64,000 bases of DNA from Minisyncoccota bacterium (GTDB lineage Bacteria > Patescibacteriota > Minisyncoccia > Phycocordibacterales > PALSA-1337). Position 1 is the stretch's first letter; each line of letters starts with the position of its first letter. The translations under genes and the position numbers were made by a program. Under the pieces are notes generated by a model. It was not told where the DNA came from. It made no database searches and saw only the letters and a list, made by a program, of their open reading frames with translations. Positions 44,747-55,823 of the stretch are shown here, one piece after another. Location: positions 85 to 64,084 of the forward strand of contig JBAZRX010000001.1 of the NCBI GenBank assembly GCA_041662725.1, read 5' to 3'.

Positions 44747-47700
44747 CTTAGCAAAATATTCTCCTAAAGAATCCCAAACTGAAGCTCTTCCACTAGTACT
44801 ATTATTTACAGAAGTTGGTGCTGAATTAGGGGTTGGTGTAGGAGTTGGTGTAGGTTTTATTAAATTATAATATTCTGCTGTATTCATCAGAACGCCTTTT
44901 ATATAACTAATATCATAACCAGAATTTACCCAGTAATCTAAACCAGCTTGATCTGGATTACGTTTAAGTAAAGTTACGTACAACTGAGTTATATCATTAA
45001 TTCTTGCTTGTTTTGGAGAAATTGTTGATGTTGGGGTTGGGGTTAAAGTTGGTGTAGGTGTTGGTGAATAATACGGTTTTGTTGTTGGTGAAGGAGAAGG
45101 AGTAATTACTGAAGATTGTGCCTTCACAGTTGTTGTTTGACTTGAAACTATTGATGAAACAGGAATAACCGCAACAGCCTGTGAACCATCGGTGAATTTA
45201 ACTATAAGTTTACCGCCATACCATGTTGTTATTGACTCTTTTTGACCATAGAGCATATAGACTTGAGAACTATATGATGCTTGACCAAGAGGCAAAACGT
45301 CATAATACTTATCATTAAATTGAGTACTTGAGCCCTGTATAACAATAACAAGTGGATATGGCTTTCTACCATAAGAATCAAGTTCGGCACTTGTTGACCA
45401 CGCTTCACCATTATTATCACTCAAAACAGTTATTGATTTTATACTTTTTCCACCAGCACTATTGATTTTCATTTCCATACGCCATCCCCAATCAGATGGA
45501 TCTTTACTTATATACCCACGTCCAGAACTAAATTGATCCCAAGCACCAGCACGATCTTCATTGGCGCTATACACAACAGCTTTAATAGTGCCATCAAATG
45601 TAGGGTAATTCGATGACGGTGTTTGTGTAGGGGTAGGATTTAAAGAAACAGCAGAAGTTTTAATTGTAGACTGTGTTACTTTTGCATATGTTGGTGGAAG
45701 ACTAAGCTTCTCTTCGTCTGATGCTATAACTGTTTTACCATCTTTTACTGAAAGAAGTTCGGCCTTAGCAACAACAGTTTGGACAACACTGGTATTATTT
45801 TTAAATATCACATCAATAAAACCGTCAGGAGCAACTTTATTTTTTACACCACAAGCAAGACCGCCGTTTACATTAGTTGGAGCTGAAGCGACAACACCTG
45901 TAGGACAGACGATTGAAAGAATCCAATCAAACTCATCAACTTGACTGTTTGTAGAATAACGTACACGAATACCTTCATTAGTTCCGATTATTTTTGAAGA
46001 AAGAGTAAAAACAGAAGAAGAAACTGGGGCTGTAATAGAAGATTGTGCCGAATTAGAAACTTTAACTTTTATAGTATTACTTTTTATAGCTTCATTTTTA
46101 GCATTTAAGGACATTAAATATAAATTGTAATCACCATCAACAATAGAAGTAGTTGGCTCATTCCACCAACCATCTGGATGCACGCCACGACCTATTGTGC
46201 TAGGAATTGTAAAACTGAGTTTAGAACCATCGTATAGTGAATATCCTGTTAATGTACGAACATCATGAGAATACCCCACTGACCATGTTTTTGAGCCATC
46301 AACTGTTGTAAGAATAATATTTCCTGTTCTACCAGCACCTGTTGCATAAATTGTTAATAAAGATCCTACTGAAACAGGCTGAGGTGCAACTCGGCTTATT
46401 TCTGGTTGTACTCCACTTACTGGAGGAATAATACTAAAAAAATCATTACTATCATCACAAATATCTGTTCCTGCTTTACATACCCTTGCCTTATATTGAC
46501 CAACAGAAATTTGACTAGGATACGTAGAAAATCCGAGTGACTGTGCATTTTTATTTGATGGTTTTAAATTTAACTGGATAGGACTTGGTATAACTTGACC
46601 AGATGAATTTAGTAACTTTACATCAACTGATTGGGTAGGATCTATGGAATCCCATATAACACTCAATGATTCGCCCTGTGCTATTTTTTCTCCTCCATTA
46701 GGTGAAACAATAACAACACTACCCCTATTAGGAGCTGGAACGTCAACTTTAGCCTTAACCGCTTTTGCATTACATGATGCATTTATTTTTTTTAAAGTAA
46801 AAGGTCCAGCAACGCCAGTTGAAGGAACTCCGATTGATGTTTGAAATGCTTTTACTGCGGCTTTGGTATCAGAACCAAAATATCCCTTCAGAGCATTACC
46901 TAAAGAAATACTCGGAATATCAAAACCGTTATTGATCAACCATGTTTGCAAAGCTACGACTTCTGATCCAGAACTACCTACAGAAAGGCCAGAGTTTTCT
47001 AAAGCAAAGATAGCTGAGAAGTTGTAACACAAACTTATTCCTGAAGAAGCTTTGAATTTAGAGTTAGTTGAATCAACTGAACTATCCGCCACAGTACACA
47101 CATATCCGGTAGGACATCCTTCAGGTTGAACAGCTAGAGGTGTACAAACATAACCTTCAGGACATGAAAAAGGAAGTGTACAAATATATCCAACAGGACA
47201 TAAAACAGAAGATTGCTCTAGTGCATCCCCTACAGCGGCAACAAGTCTTGTATCTCTTGGTACAAGACTAACTGGACTAGAACTCGGCATTGGTGTTGGA
47301 GAAGATGAAGATGTTGGAGAAGTTGAAGGAGTCGGTGTAGGAGATGGAGTTGAAGAAGGTGTAGGAGATGGAGTTGGAGTAATAATCGGTGTTGGGGTAG
47401 GAGTAGAAGCTGGAGATGGCGTTGGTGTTGAAGAAGGAGCTACTGAAGGAGTCGGCGAAGAATAATAACTTGAAGTTGGAGATGGTGAAGGTGTATATGT
47501 TGGTGAGTAAGTAGATGTTGGGGAAGGAGTATATGTTGGGGAATAAGAAGAAGTTGGTATAGGAGTAGAAGTTGGTCTAGGTGTATATGTTGGTGAGTAA
47601 GTAGAAGTCGGAACAGGAGTTGCTGAAGATACTGGTCTAGGAGTAGCTGAGTAAGCAGGAATTGGAGTTGTTGCTGGAACATAAGCAGGACTTGGAGAGA

Positions 47701-49063
47701 TAGAACGCATACACCTATCACCTATCTTAGTGTAACCAGGAGGACAAGATGCTGGTGAAGGTGAAGCTGCTGGTGCTGATGAATACGTAGGAGCAGAAGA
47801 AACCGCTGGAGTAGCTTGTGGTGTACTAACTGGTAACGTTGTTGGTGAAGAGCCTGTAATTAACGAAGTGGCAAATCTTAAAGCGCTTGAGTATGTATTA
47901 CGTATTCTTCCGAAGAAACCAGTTGATGCTGCTGGAGTTGGGGCTGGGGTGGAAACTACTGGACGATTCAATGTAGTAAAAACACCTTCTCTTGTTAACA
48001 CACCAGACCAAGTATAGAAATTATCTAAACCAGTAGTTTGATTAGTAACAGTTTTTCCCCCTACAGTGTAATCAATATCCTTAACTGCCATAAGCAAGTT
48101 AAGGGAAGGATTGTTTGGAGTGAAAGGAAGTGCTTGGTTTGATGATACCTGACCATTCAAAACAACTGTATATGTACCACCATCCCCGATAGTTGCATCA
48201 GACGGAGTCACATATATATTCATAATACTTGCTGTGTATGCATTCTGTTTGTTCCCTGCTGTCGATGTTACATAGGCACCATTTGTCTGTGTTGATGATG
48301 CAAATACAAGAGTGAAGTCTTTAAGGGTAGGTTTAACCATCACTCCTCCAACTGCTTTAGCTTTAAGAGTAATAGTTCCGAATAGAGAGCTTGAGGCTAC
48401 ATCTTTTACACCTGGTGCTGAAAAAATATCAGCACTTACGAATGACCAGTCGACGCGAGGATATGTTGTATTTGACAAAGTACTATTACAAAGACCATTT
48501 CTAGGATAATCAAGACTTAATTCCTTTGTATTTGTCTTAAAATCCATTAAATCTCTAATTTCAACTCTAGCCACCCTTCCACCAACGTTAAAAGTAATAT
48601 CTCTAATTGCCATAAAGAGATTTTGGGCTGAACAAATATCAGGATTATTAGACATAACAGCACCGTAAATTGTTACTGTGTATTCTTCTCCATCATTAAT
48701 CGTAGGTTTATTTGGTGTAACAACAATAGATCTGATGACCCCAGAATAGATAGAATTTGAAGAATCAATACGTTTAAAAGGTTTGTATATTTCCGTACTG
48801 GAAGCAAAAATTAAACTAAAATCGCTAGCCTTTGGCTTAACTATCGTTCCTCCAACCGCTTTAACTTTAAGAGTAATAGTTCCGGTTAGAGAGCTTGAAG
48901 CTACATCTTTTACACCTGGTGTTGAAGCAATATCGGAACTTACGAAGGACCAAGAGGCACGAGGAGAGGTAGCCTGCGCCTCAACTTTCGTTATTTCACC
49001 AGAGAAAACCGCAAACGATAATACTGTTAGCGAAATAAAGAAAGAAAATAATATTTTTTTCAT
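44744..49063 (-). CDS. giant secreted multidomain protein (PT-rich linkers, PG_binding_1-like and DUF4214-like domains)
   Basis: 1439 aa. Signal peptide. Tandem duplicated ~55-aa module ([36 protein letters not shown] / [37 protein letters not shown]). '[12 protein letters not shown]' repeats. Three 'CPxGYxCT' repeats. '[16 protein letters not shown]...[14 protein letters not shown]...GVAGPFT' peptidoglycan-binding-like. C-terminal '[22 protein letters not shown]' DUF4214-like. Confidence 0.8.
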   Translation of the reverse strand: MKKILFSFFISLTVLSFAVFSGEITKVEAQATSPRASWSFVSSDIASTPGVKDVASSSLTGTITLKVKAVGGTIVKPKASDFSLIFASSTEIYKPFKRIDSSNSIYSGVIRSIVVTPNKPTINDGEEYTVTIYGAVMSNNPDICSAQNLFMAIRDITFNVGGRVARVEIRDLMDFKTNTKELSLDYPRNGLCNSTLSNTTYPRVDWSFVSADIFSAPGVKDVASSSLFGTITLKAKAVGGVMVKPTLKDFTLVFASSTQTNGAYVTSTAGNKQNAYTASIMNIYVTPSDATIGDGGTYTVVLNGQVSSNQALPFTPNNPSLNLLMAVKDIDYTVGGKTVTNQTTGLDNFYTWSGVLTREGVFTTLNRPVVSTPAPTPAASTGFFGRIRNTYSSALRFATSLITGSSPTTLPVSTPQATPAVSSAPTYSSAPAASPSPASCPPGYTKIGDRCMRSISPSPAYVPATTPIPAYSATPRPVSSATPVPTSTYSPTYTPRPTSTPIPTSSYSPTYTPSPTSTYSPTYTPSPSPTSSYYSSPTPSVAPSSTPTPSPASTPTPTPIITPTPSPTPSSTPSPTPTPSTSPTSSSSPTPMPSSSPVSLVPRDTRLVAAVGDALEQSSVLCPVGYICTLPFSCPEGYVCTPLAVQPEGCPTGYVCTVADSSVDSTNSKFKASSGISLCYNFSAIFALENSGLSVGSSGSEVVALQTWLINNGFDIPSISLGNALKGYFGSDTKAAVKAFQTSIGVPSTGVAGPFTLKKINASCNAKAVKAKVDVPAPNRGSVVIVSPNGGEKIAQGESLSVIWDSIDPTQSVDVKLLNSSGQVIPSPIQLNLKPSNKNAQSLGFSTYPSQISVGQYKARVCKAGTDICDDSNDFFSIIPPVSGVQPEISRVAPQPVSVGSLLTIYATGAGRTGNIILTTVDGSKTWSVGYSHDVRTLTGYSLYDGSKLSFTIPSTIGRGVHPDGWWNEPTTSIVDGDYNLYLMSLNAKNEAIKSNTIKVKVSNSAQSSITAPVSSSVFTLSSKIIGTNEGIRVRYSTNSQVDEFDWILSIVCPTGVVASAPTNVNGGLACGVKNKVAPDGFIDVIFKNNTSVVQTVVAKAELLSVKDGKTVIASDEEKLSLPPTYAKVTQSTIKTSAVSLNPTPTQTPSSNYPTFDGTIKAVVYSANEDRAGAWDQFSSGRGYISKDPSDWGWRMEMKINSAGGKSIKSITVLSDNNGEAWSTSAELDSYGRKPYPLVIVIQGSSTQFNDKYYDVLPLGQASYSSQVYMLYGQKESITTWYGGKLIVKFTDGSQAVAVIPVSSIVSSQTTTVKAQSSVITPSPSPTTKPYYSPTPTPTLTPTPTSTISPKQARINDITQLYVTLLKRNPDQAGLDYWVNSGYDISYIKGVLMNTAEYYNLIKPTPTPTPTPNSAPTSVNNSTSGRASVWDSLGEYFAK

Positions 49064-49204
49064 AATTTAAAATAGAGACTAATAATAATTGATAATAATT
49101 TTGATATAAAAAAACAAGTTATAGCATCCGAGATATTTCGGATACTTAGCTAACCAACATAATAACACCATATCTTTATAAAGAACATAGGATAATGTTG
49201 TGGG

Positions 49205-49240
49205 TAATACAAAAAGAACCTGTGTAAAACAAGTTCTTTT
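49205..49240 (-). terminator. rho-independent terminator after fusA
   Basis: Minus-strand 'AAGAAC-ttgttttacacag-GTTCTT' followed by a U-run. Confidence 0.55.
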
Positions 49241-49275
49241 TGTATTTATATTTTTACTTACTAAATAAAACTTTA

Positions 49276-51420
49276 TTACTTCCTTTTTTCTATTATCTCT
49301 TGAGCCACATTACTTGGTACAACATCATAATGATCAAATTCCATCATGGCACTTCCTTGACCTGAAGTCATAGAACGAAGTTGGGTTGTATAACCGAACA
49401 TCTCTGACAGTGGAACTTTAGCAATAATAGAAATAACTTGGCCTTTTGGTTGACTACCTTCAATCTGACCACGCTTGGAAGCGATAGAACCATTGATATC
49501 ACCCATATATTTCTCTGGAGCCACAACTTCAAGTTTCATTATAGGTTCCAGAATAACAGGTTTAGCACGCTTAGCGGCATCTTGGAAAGCTTGAGAAGCG
49601 GCAATCTTGTAGGCAATTTCAGAAGAGTCAACATCGTGGTATGAACCGAATGTGAGTTCACAAGAAACATTAACCATCTTATAACCAGCTACAATACCGC
49701 GATCCATGGCTTCATGGACACCCTTTTCAACCGCAGGAATAAATTCATTTGGAATTACACCACCTTTGATTGAGTTTATAAACTCAAAATCATCATAGCG
49801 TTTGACATATTTAGGAATCTTTTCCCCTTCTGGCCATGGTTCCATCGGCTTAAGAGTTAGACGAACGTGACCATATTGACCTTTACCACCAGTCTGCTTG
49901 ATATATTTATGTTCAGCTTCAGCAGTACTCTGAATAGTCTCACGATATGCTACTTGTGGTTCACCAACATTAGCTTCCACGCTAAATTCTCGCTTCATAC
50001 GATCAACCATGATTTCCAAATGAAGTTCGCCCATTCCAGAAATAATAGTTTCTCCAGTTTCTTGATTGGATGAAACTCTAAAGGTTGGATCTTCGTTACC
50101 AAGTTTATGAAGTGCTATACCCATTTTTTCTTGATCAGCTTTAGTCTTTGGTTCAATACGCAAAGAAACGACCGGCTCCATAAATTTGATAGTTTCTAGA
50201 ACGATAGGATTTTTTTCATCACAGAAAGTATTGGAAGTAAGAGCATCTTTCAGACCTACCGCAGCGGCGATTTCTCCGGAAAAGACTTTCTTTACTTCTT
50301 CACGGGCATCAGCTTGCAAACGCACAATACGGCCTAAACGCTCTCTTTTTCCAGTAGATGAATTGTAAATATATGTTCCAGCTTCAATAGTTCCTGAATA
50401 AACTCTAAAGAATGTTAATTGTCCAACGAATGGATCGTTCTGTAACTTGAAAGCAAGGGCACAGAAAGGTTCTTCATCTGAAGGATGGCGAAGAATTTCT
50501 TCTCCTGTATTTGGGTCAATACCTTTGACAGCTTCAATATCTAGAGGAGATGGTAAATAATCAACAACCGCATCAAGAATCAATTGAATTCCAACGTTTT
50601 TCAAAGCTGAACCAGTGAAAACTGGAAATATTTCATTTTTAATAACAGCTACACGAGCAATCTTTTTCAAAACATCAACAGAAATTTCTTTACCTTCTAA
50701 ATATTGTTGCATAGCCGTATCATCATGTTCAACTATCTTTTCTACCAACTCTGCATGATACTTCTTGGCATCTTCCAAAAGTTCAGCTGGAATTTCTTTT
50801 TCAACAATATTAACTCCTTTTTCTCCTTCAAAATAATAAGCTTTCATGCGCATAAGATCTACAACACCTACATGGTCACCCTCTGTTCCTATAGGGATTT
50901 GGAATCTAACTGCGCGCTTATTTAATCTTTCAACAATAGATTTGAATGATTTTTCAAAAGAAGCACCCATACGATCCATTTTGTTGATAAAACAAAGACG
51001 TGGCACTTTACTTTCATCAGCGTAACGCCAATTTGTTTCTGATTGAGGTTCTACGCCAGCCACACCGTCAAATACCACAACGGCACCATCTAGAACACGT
51101 AGAGAACGTTTCACTTCCACTGTAAAATCGATGTGTCCTGGAGTATCTATAACGTTAAAACGAGTCTTTTTGGAAAGATCTGTTTTTGGCATATAAGTTG
51201 GATTCCAGAAACAAGTAATGGCCGCAGCTGTAATAGTAATGCCACGCTCCCTTTCCTGTTCCATCCAGTCTGTAGTGGTCTCACCTTCGTGAACTTCTCC
51301 AATTTTATGGATCATTCCAGTATAAAATAGAATACGTTCTGACGTAGTTGTCTTGCCCGCATCAATGTGAGCAATAACTCCAAAGTTTCTAACTTGTGCT
51401 AATGGATAATCGCGATTCAT
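49276..51420 (-). CDS. fusA: elongation factor G
   Basis: 714 aa; 'AHIDAGKTT', 'DTPGHIDF', domain IV/V consensus. Confidence 0.95.
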   Translation of the reverse strand: MNRDYPLAQVRNFGVIAHIDAGKTTTSERILFYTGMIHKIGEVHEGETTTDWMEQERERGITITAAAITCFWNPTYMPKTDLSKKTRFNVIDTPGHIDFTVEVKRSLRVLDGAVVVFDGVAGVEPQSETNWRYADESKVPRLCFINKMDRMGASFEKSFKSIVERLNKRAVRFQIPIGTEGDHVGVVDLMRMKAYYFEGEKGVNIVEKEIPAELLEDAKKYHAELVEKIVEHDDTAMQQYLEGKEISVDVLKKIARVAVIKNEIFPVFTGSALKNVGIQLILDAVVDYLPSPLDIEAVKGIDPNTGEEILRHPSDEEPFCALAFKLQNDPFVGQLTFFRVYSGTIEAGTYIYNSSTGKRERLGRIVRLQADAREEVKKVFSGEIAAAVGLKDALTSNTFCDEKNPIVLETIKFMEPVVSLRIEPKTKADQEKMGIALHKLGNEDPTFRVSSNQETGETIISGMGELHLEIMVDRMKREFSVEANVGEPQVAYRETIQSTAEAEHKYIKQTGGKGQYGHVRLTLKPMEPWPEGEKIPKYVKRYDDFEFINSIKGGVIPNEFIPAVEKGVHEAMDRGIVAGYKMVNVSCELTFGSYHDVDSSEIAYKIAASQAFQDAAKRAKPVILEPIMKLEVVAPEKYMGDINGSIASKRGQIEGSQPKGQVISIIAKVPLSEMFGYTTQLRSMTSGQGSAMMEFDHYDVVPSNVAQEIIEKRK

Positions 51421-51461
51421 GTTTATATTTGAATTTAAGATTTAATTTTTAAGATTGTATT

Positions 51462-51932
51462 TTACCATGCAAAGTGTGCAAAAGCTTTGTTAGCTTCAGC
51501 CATCTTGTGGACATTCTCGCGTTTCTTAACAGCTTCACCTTCATTTTTGGAAGCAGAAATAATTTCATCGGCTAATTTCATATATATCGGAGCTCCCTTT
51601 TTAGAACGGGCGGCTTCAATAATCCACTTCATAGATAAAGCTTGTTTGCGTTCTGGACGGACTTCACGAGGAACCTGGTAGTTTGCTCCACCCACACGAC
51701 GTGAGCGTACTTCCATAGCAGGAGAGGTATTTTTCAAAGCCGCTTCAAATACTTCTAATGGATTCTCTACTTTGGCCTTTTCTTTAATAGCATTCATACA
51801 ATCTGCAACAATGCCACGTGCGATATTCTTCTTACCAGACTCCATAATGTAATTTGTAAACTTGGATAGCTTCAAAGAACTGTAGGTAATATCTGGCTTT
51901 AAATCTCTTTTTATGTTTAGTTTTCTTCTCAT
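51462..51932 (-). CDS. rpsG: 30S ribosomal protein S7
   Basis: 156 aa S7. Confidence 0.9.
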   Translation of the reverse strand: MRRKLNIKRDLKPDITYSSLKLSKFTNYIMESGKKNIARGIVADCMNAIKEKAKVENPLEVFEAALKNTSPAMEVRSRRVGGANYQVPREVRPERKQALSMKWIIEAARSKKGAPIYMKLADEIISASKNEGEAVKKRENVHKMAEANKAFAHFAW

Positions 51933-51943
51933 GGTATTTTAAA

Positions 51944-52360
51944 TTATTTAGCAGCTTTCGGCCTTTTATTACCATATTGACTACGACCTTTTCTCCTTGC
52001 TTCAACACCTGCACAGTCCAAAACTCCACGAACAATAGAATAACGTAATCCTACATCCTTAACACGACCTCCACGAAGAAGGACTACTGCGTGTTCTTGC
52101 AAGTTATGACCCATTCCTGGAACATAAGCTGTTACTTCCATACCATTAGTAAGTCTTACACGGGCAATCTTACGAATAGCCGAGTTAGGTTTCTTTGGAG
52201 TTTTTGTAGTAACTTTAGTGCAAACTCCGCGTTTAAATGGAGCCGGAAAGAATATTGGACGATTTTTGATCGTATTGAAAGTACGAGTCAAAGCTATAGA
52301 TTTAGATTTTCTCTTAAAAAGTTTTCGATTCTTTTTGGTTAATTGATTGATTGTTGGCAT
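51944..52360 (-). CDS. rpsL: 30S ribosomal protein S12
   Basis: '[19 protein letters not shown]...' S12. Confidence 0.9.
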   Translation of the reverse strand: MPTINQLTKKNRKLFKRKSKSIALTRTFNTIKNRPIFFPAPFKRGVCTKVTTKTPKKPNSAIRKIARVRLTNGMEVTAYVPGMGHNLQEHAVVLLRGGRVKDVGLRYSIVRGVLDCAGVEARRKGRSQYGNKRPKAAK

Positions 52361-52380
52361 ATTTTAATAATATTTTTTAT

Positions 52381-52488
52381 AACGAATCTACAAATTATGC
52401 GAATGACTACAAATCTACAAATATTTGCAAACATTATGTTTCATTTGCATATTCGTAGCCCATTCGCATAATTCGTTAATTCGTAGTT
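52381..52488. promoter_or_regulatory. ACGAAT-family hairpin B3 upstream of rpsL (likely str-operon promoter region)
   Basis: 'acgaatctacaaattatgcgaatg' ... 'cattcgcataattcgttaattcgtag'. Core 'attcgtagcccattcgcataattcgt' identical to B2. Confidence 0.75.
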
Positions 52489-52814
52489 GGCAATTATGAA
52501 TTCTTCACCGTTTTTGGTTTGAGTATGTCTTTCAACTTAGCCTTGCAATCTAGGCCTTGTTATAGACAAATACCATAACGATTACTCATTTTTGCCTTAA
52601 TAAATGTACAATCTCTAATGAAAGAGACAGTGGGGGTACAGTAACATAAAAGAAATCATGGTGCAATGAATCGCAAGAATCTATTTTATCAAAATGGTAA
52701 AAAAGATTGGTGACGCTTATTTACAAGGTTTTAATTTTGCCATGAATGAATCATAAGCCTATGCTGTTATTAAATTTGATGTAGATTTCCAACACTAACC
52801 AGAACCAATTAACA

Positions 52815-52850
52815 GGTAAAAAGAAAGAGCAAGTTGTTAGCTTGCTCTTT
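52815..52850 (-). terminator. rho-independent terminator after ORF 52870..53580
   Basis: 'aaagagcaag-ttgtta-gcttgctcttt' hairpin with minus-strand U-tract. Confidence 0.6.
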
Positions 52851-52869
52851 ATGAAAATCCGGTCTCGGA

Positions 52870-53580
52870 TTATTTAGGAATAATTCCTGCCGCTTTTTCC
52901 GCCGCGACGATTTGTGCCGGTGTAAATGGAACGTTGGTATAATTCCAAATGATACCAAACTTCTGTTCGATTTCGACTTTGTTTTCGGCGTCGGTTTTCA
53001 CACGTTCATTCTTCGGACGAGGTTTAGTTCGACCACATTTCTTGCAGAACTTACCCATAGCTCCAGTGCCAGCAACTCCACCGTGAATCATTCCTCGCTC
53101 ATACTTATGCCTACATTTTGTGGCACAGGCATTGCAGGTTAACCACTCACATTCTAAACAGCTGATCATTTGAGCTTGGCAGTGCTTACAAAATCCGAGA
53201 GTGATGACAATTGACTTTACACCGTCAACATCGGAGGTATTCAAGAAAATCGGACTGCATCCTCCAAAGTAGCAGGAATCTCGCAAACCGCAAATTACAC
53301 TCTTGTCGCCGTTGGTTGTTCCTTTGAGAGTAAGACGAACACCACCCACCATAACTGTATCCTCAATAGTTACGTTGTTTTTAACTTGTGTTCGTGGTTT
53401 GACCGTCGATCCAAAATACAAGTTAATTTTGCAGTAATTGCCATCATCCTCTCGATTTCCGTAGATGAACTTGTCGCCTTTTTTCAATATTGGGATGAGA
53501 TGAGTAAACAGCTCGTGCTCATCTTTTTCAACGGGTACCAATGTTAACGTGGCTACTTTATCGTTACGAATAACTTTCAT
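52870..53580 (-). CDS. hypothetical Cys-rich (multi zinc-ribbon) protein
   Basis: 236 aa. 'CKHCQAQMISCLECEWLTCNACATKC' and 'CKKCGRTKP' clusters; 3' quarter is noticeably GC-richer. Confidence 0.4.
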   Translation of the reverse strand: MKVIRNDKVATLTLVPVEKDEHELFTHLIPILKKGDKFIYGNREDDGNYCKINLYFGSTVKPRTQVKNNVTIEDTVMVGGVRLTLKGTTNGDKSVICGLRDSCYFGGCSPIFLNTSDVDGVKSIVITLGFCKHCQAQMISCLECEWLTCNACATKCRHKYERGMIHGGVAGTGAMGKFCKKCGRTKPRPKNERVKTDAENKVEIEQKFGIIWNYTNVPFTPAQIVAAEKAAGIIPK

Positions 53581-53776
53581 TATTTATTTTCCTTTCAAGT
53601 TACATAGCGCATATTTTATGCACTATTGGTTTAATCCACCATAACAGTATCTTTTTATAGTATGCAACTTATTGTATTATCTGTCAATTTAATTCCTGCA
53701 CTTATTTAATTGATAAGTGTAATATGTATGCGAACTTAGTTACGAGTAAAAAATATACGATACAGAACGTGAGCAA

Positions 53777-54385
53777 TTAAGCTCCAATTCCTGTAATCAA
53801 TTTAAACACCCATGGAATTATTGGTGAGATAATCTGCCAAAGAAAAACTACTAAAATAACTATAAAAATAGGAGCATACATTTCCATAGTCATACGAATA
53901 CGTCCGTATTGTTGAGGTAACCAAGCAAATAATAATTTTGAACCATCAAGTGGTGGTAAAGGAATAAGATTAAAAATAGCGAGAACGATATTAATGACCA
54001 CAATATACGATGCAATTTCTACAAATGATGTAATAGTTGTAGCACCTGCAATAGAAAAACGAATGATTATCCCGAAGATAATGGCAATTAAAAGATTAGA
54101 AGCTGGACCAGCTAAAGCAATTAAAAATTCTCCCTGGCGCTTATTCTTTAAGTTATACGGATTAAATTCAACAGGTTTAGCCCAGCCAAAGGTGAAACCA
54201 GCTAAAGAAGTTACTAATGGTACTAAAATAGAGCCAACAGGATCAATATGCTTCAAAGGATTCAGGGTTAATCTTCCCTGTAATCGTGCTGTTGGGTCTC
54301 CTAAACGATCAGCCATAAAGCCATGAGAGACTTCGTGAATAATGACTGAGAATATAAGTATTATGATAGAAAATGTTGTTAACAT
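53777..54385 (-). CDS. site-2 protease family (M50) membrane metalloprotease
   Basis: 'IIHEVSHGF' HExxH in TM1 and 'NLIPLPPLDGSKL' LDG motif. Confidence 0.75.
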   Translation of the reverse strand: MLTTFSIIILIFSVIIHEVSHGFMADRLGDPTARLQGRLTLNPLKHIDPVGSILVPLVTSLAGFTFGWAKPVEFNPYNLKNKRQGEFLIALAGPASNLLIAIIFGIIIRFSIAGATTITSFVEIASYIVVINIVLAIFNLIPLPPLDGSKLLFAWLPQQYGRIRMTMEMYAPIFIVILVVFLWQIISPIIPWVFKLITGIGA

Positions 54386-54456
54386 TGGATTAATGGAAAA
54401 GGCATTTTTTGCCTTTTACATTTGTCTATGTTACCATACTTCCCACTAATACTTTT

Positions 54457-54699
54457 ATGTCAAAAATCTGTCAAATAACAAAAAGAGGTTCAATTGTTGG
54501 TGGTCGTTACTCCAACCGTACTCGTGCTACACAATTCAATCCTTGTGGAGCCATTCGCAAATATCCAAATCTTCAAAAGAAGCGAATTTACGTTCCTGAA
54601 TTAAAGAAAACTGTAATTCTAAATATTTCTACTAGAGCACTTCGTACTATTGAGAAAAACGGTGCTTTCAAAACACTAAAGAAAGCGGGGTTAATATAA
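54457..54699 (+). CDS. rpmB: 50S ribosomal protein L28
   Basis: 'MSKICQITKRGSIVGGRYSNRTRATQFNP...' L28 consensus (listed ORF begins 48 nt upstream). Confidence 0.8.
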   Translation: MSKICQITKRGSIVGGRYSNRTRATQFNPCGAIRKYPNLQKKRIYVPELKKTVILNISTRALRTIEKNGAFKTLKKAGLI

Positions 54700-55668
54700 C
54701 ACGTCCGACCTCCCAGAAATATCGGCGACGCTGACTCCAATACCATCTGAAGTTATTTTAATAGCTCCCCTCTCTTTTAAGTTAAACCTATTTTCATCAA
54801 GAACATAACCTAATGGATCTTTAATTTCCTTTTTCTTTAAAGATGCTGTTTTTGAGTCTTTAACCGATTTGGTTGAGGTATTTCTAATCAATTTTGAATA
54901 AATCAAATACTTTGGTCGTAATTTATCCATTAATACTGGAGATATGTTCACCGGTAAAGCACTATGTGAAACGATTAGAATATCCGTAGTAATCTCATTC
55001 GTTTTGGTTGTTTCGTCAATAATCGGCGATGTTGAAGCAATGAATTTCTGCACCTTATTTGAAGCGTTTCCGAGAAATGTTACTGAGGTGGCGCCTAGAG
55101 AAATGCTAAAGAGTATCTCTGGAGCACTAGCTTTGGAATATGCAAACCTATCTTGATGTACAGGAAAAAATACATGTAAATCAGTTTTATTATCTAAATG
55201 AATATTGTCTCCAGCTATTAATTCTTGAGTTTTGATAACTTCACGCTGTAAAGTATCAGTAAATGTGGAAAATATCTGATCTGATGAACTAGCAATTCCG
55301 AGAACTTCTAAATTAATTCCTGAAATATAAGCTTCGCTCACATCGTATCTCTCAATAATATCAATAAGACCAGAAATATTTTTACCTTCAGTATTAGTAG
55401 CGATAATCTTATCAATGCGCCGTGAATAAAAAGGTAGAATATCTGTAAGCTTACGAACAATTTCTGAATTTGATCCACCGTCAATCAAAACCCTTTTATC
55501 TTCTGGGGTACGAATAAACATGGAGCGTCCGCTTGAAAGTACAAAAACATATATTTCTAGAATTGGTGGTCGTGCTTCAATCTTCCAAATATACGCACCA
55601 AGACTACTCGCTACAGCGGTAGTTGCAGCAACAACAAGAAGTGGTTTAGATATACTTTTAATACTCAT
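54691..55668 (-). CDS. ComEC C-terminal-like MBL-fold protein (metal-binding motif degenerate), membrane-anchored
   Basis: 'LEIYVFVLSSGRSMFIRTPEDKRVLIDGG' matches the ComEC lactamase_B block, but the HxHxDH position reads 'ATNTEGKNISG'. N-terminal TM. Confidence 0.5.
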   Translation of the reverse strand: MSIKSISKPLLVVAATTAVASSLGAYIWKIEARPPILEIYVFVLSSGRSMFIRTPEDKRVLIDGGSNSEIVRKLTDILPFYSRRIDKIIATNTEGKNISGLIDIIERYDVSEAYISGINLEVLGIASSSDQIFSTFTDTLQREVIKTQELIAGDNIHLDNKTDLHVFFPVHQDRFAYSKASAPEILFSISLGATSVTFLGNASNKVQKFIASTSPIIDETTKTNEITTDILIVSHSALPVNISPVLMDKLRPKYLIYSKLIRNTSTKSVKDSKTASLKKKEIKDPLGYVLDENRFNLKERGAIKITSDGIGVSVADISGRSDVLY

Positions 55669-55685
55669 ACCGCAAGTATACTCAC

Positions 55686-55738
55686 GCGAGATAAAATCCT
55701 GATAAAGAAACGATAAAGATTTGATAAAGATTTGATAG
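55686..55738. promoter_or_regulatory. ~50-nt repeat (copy 1) in the divergent region between the MBL gene and sod
   Basis: 'gagataaaatcctgataaagaaacgataaagatttgataaagatttgatag', near-identical to 57746..57798. Confidence 0.7.
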
Positions 55739-55823
55739 TCGCTTCGCTCGTCAGAATAAAGATGATTCAGTTTTCTTAAATTAGACGTATAATAAGCAAA
55801 TACTAATAATCAATAAATAAGCC

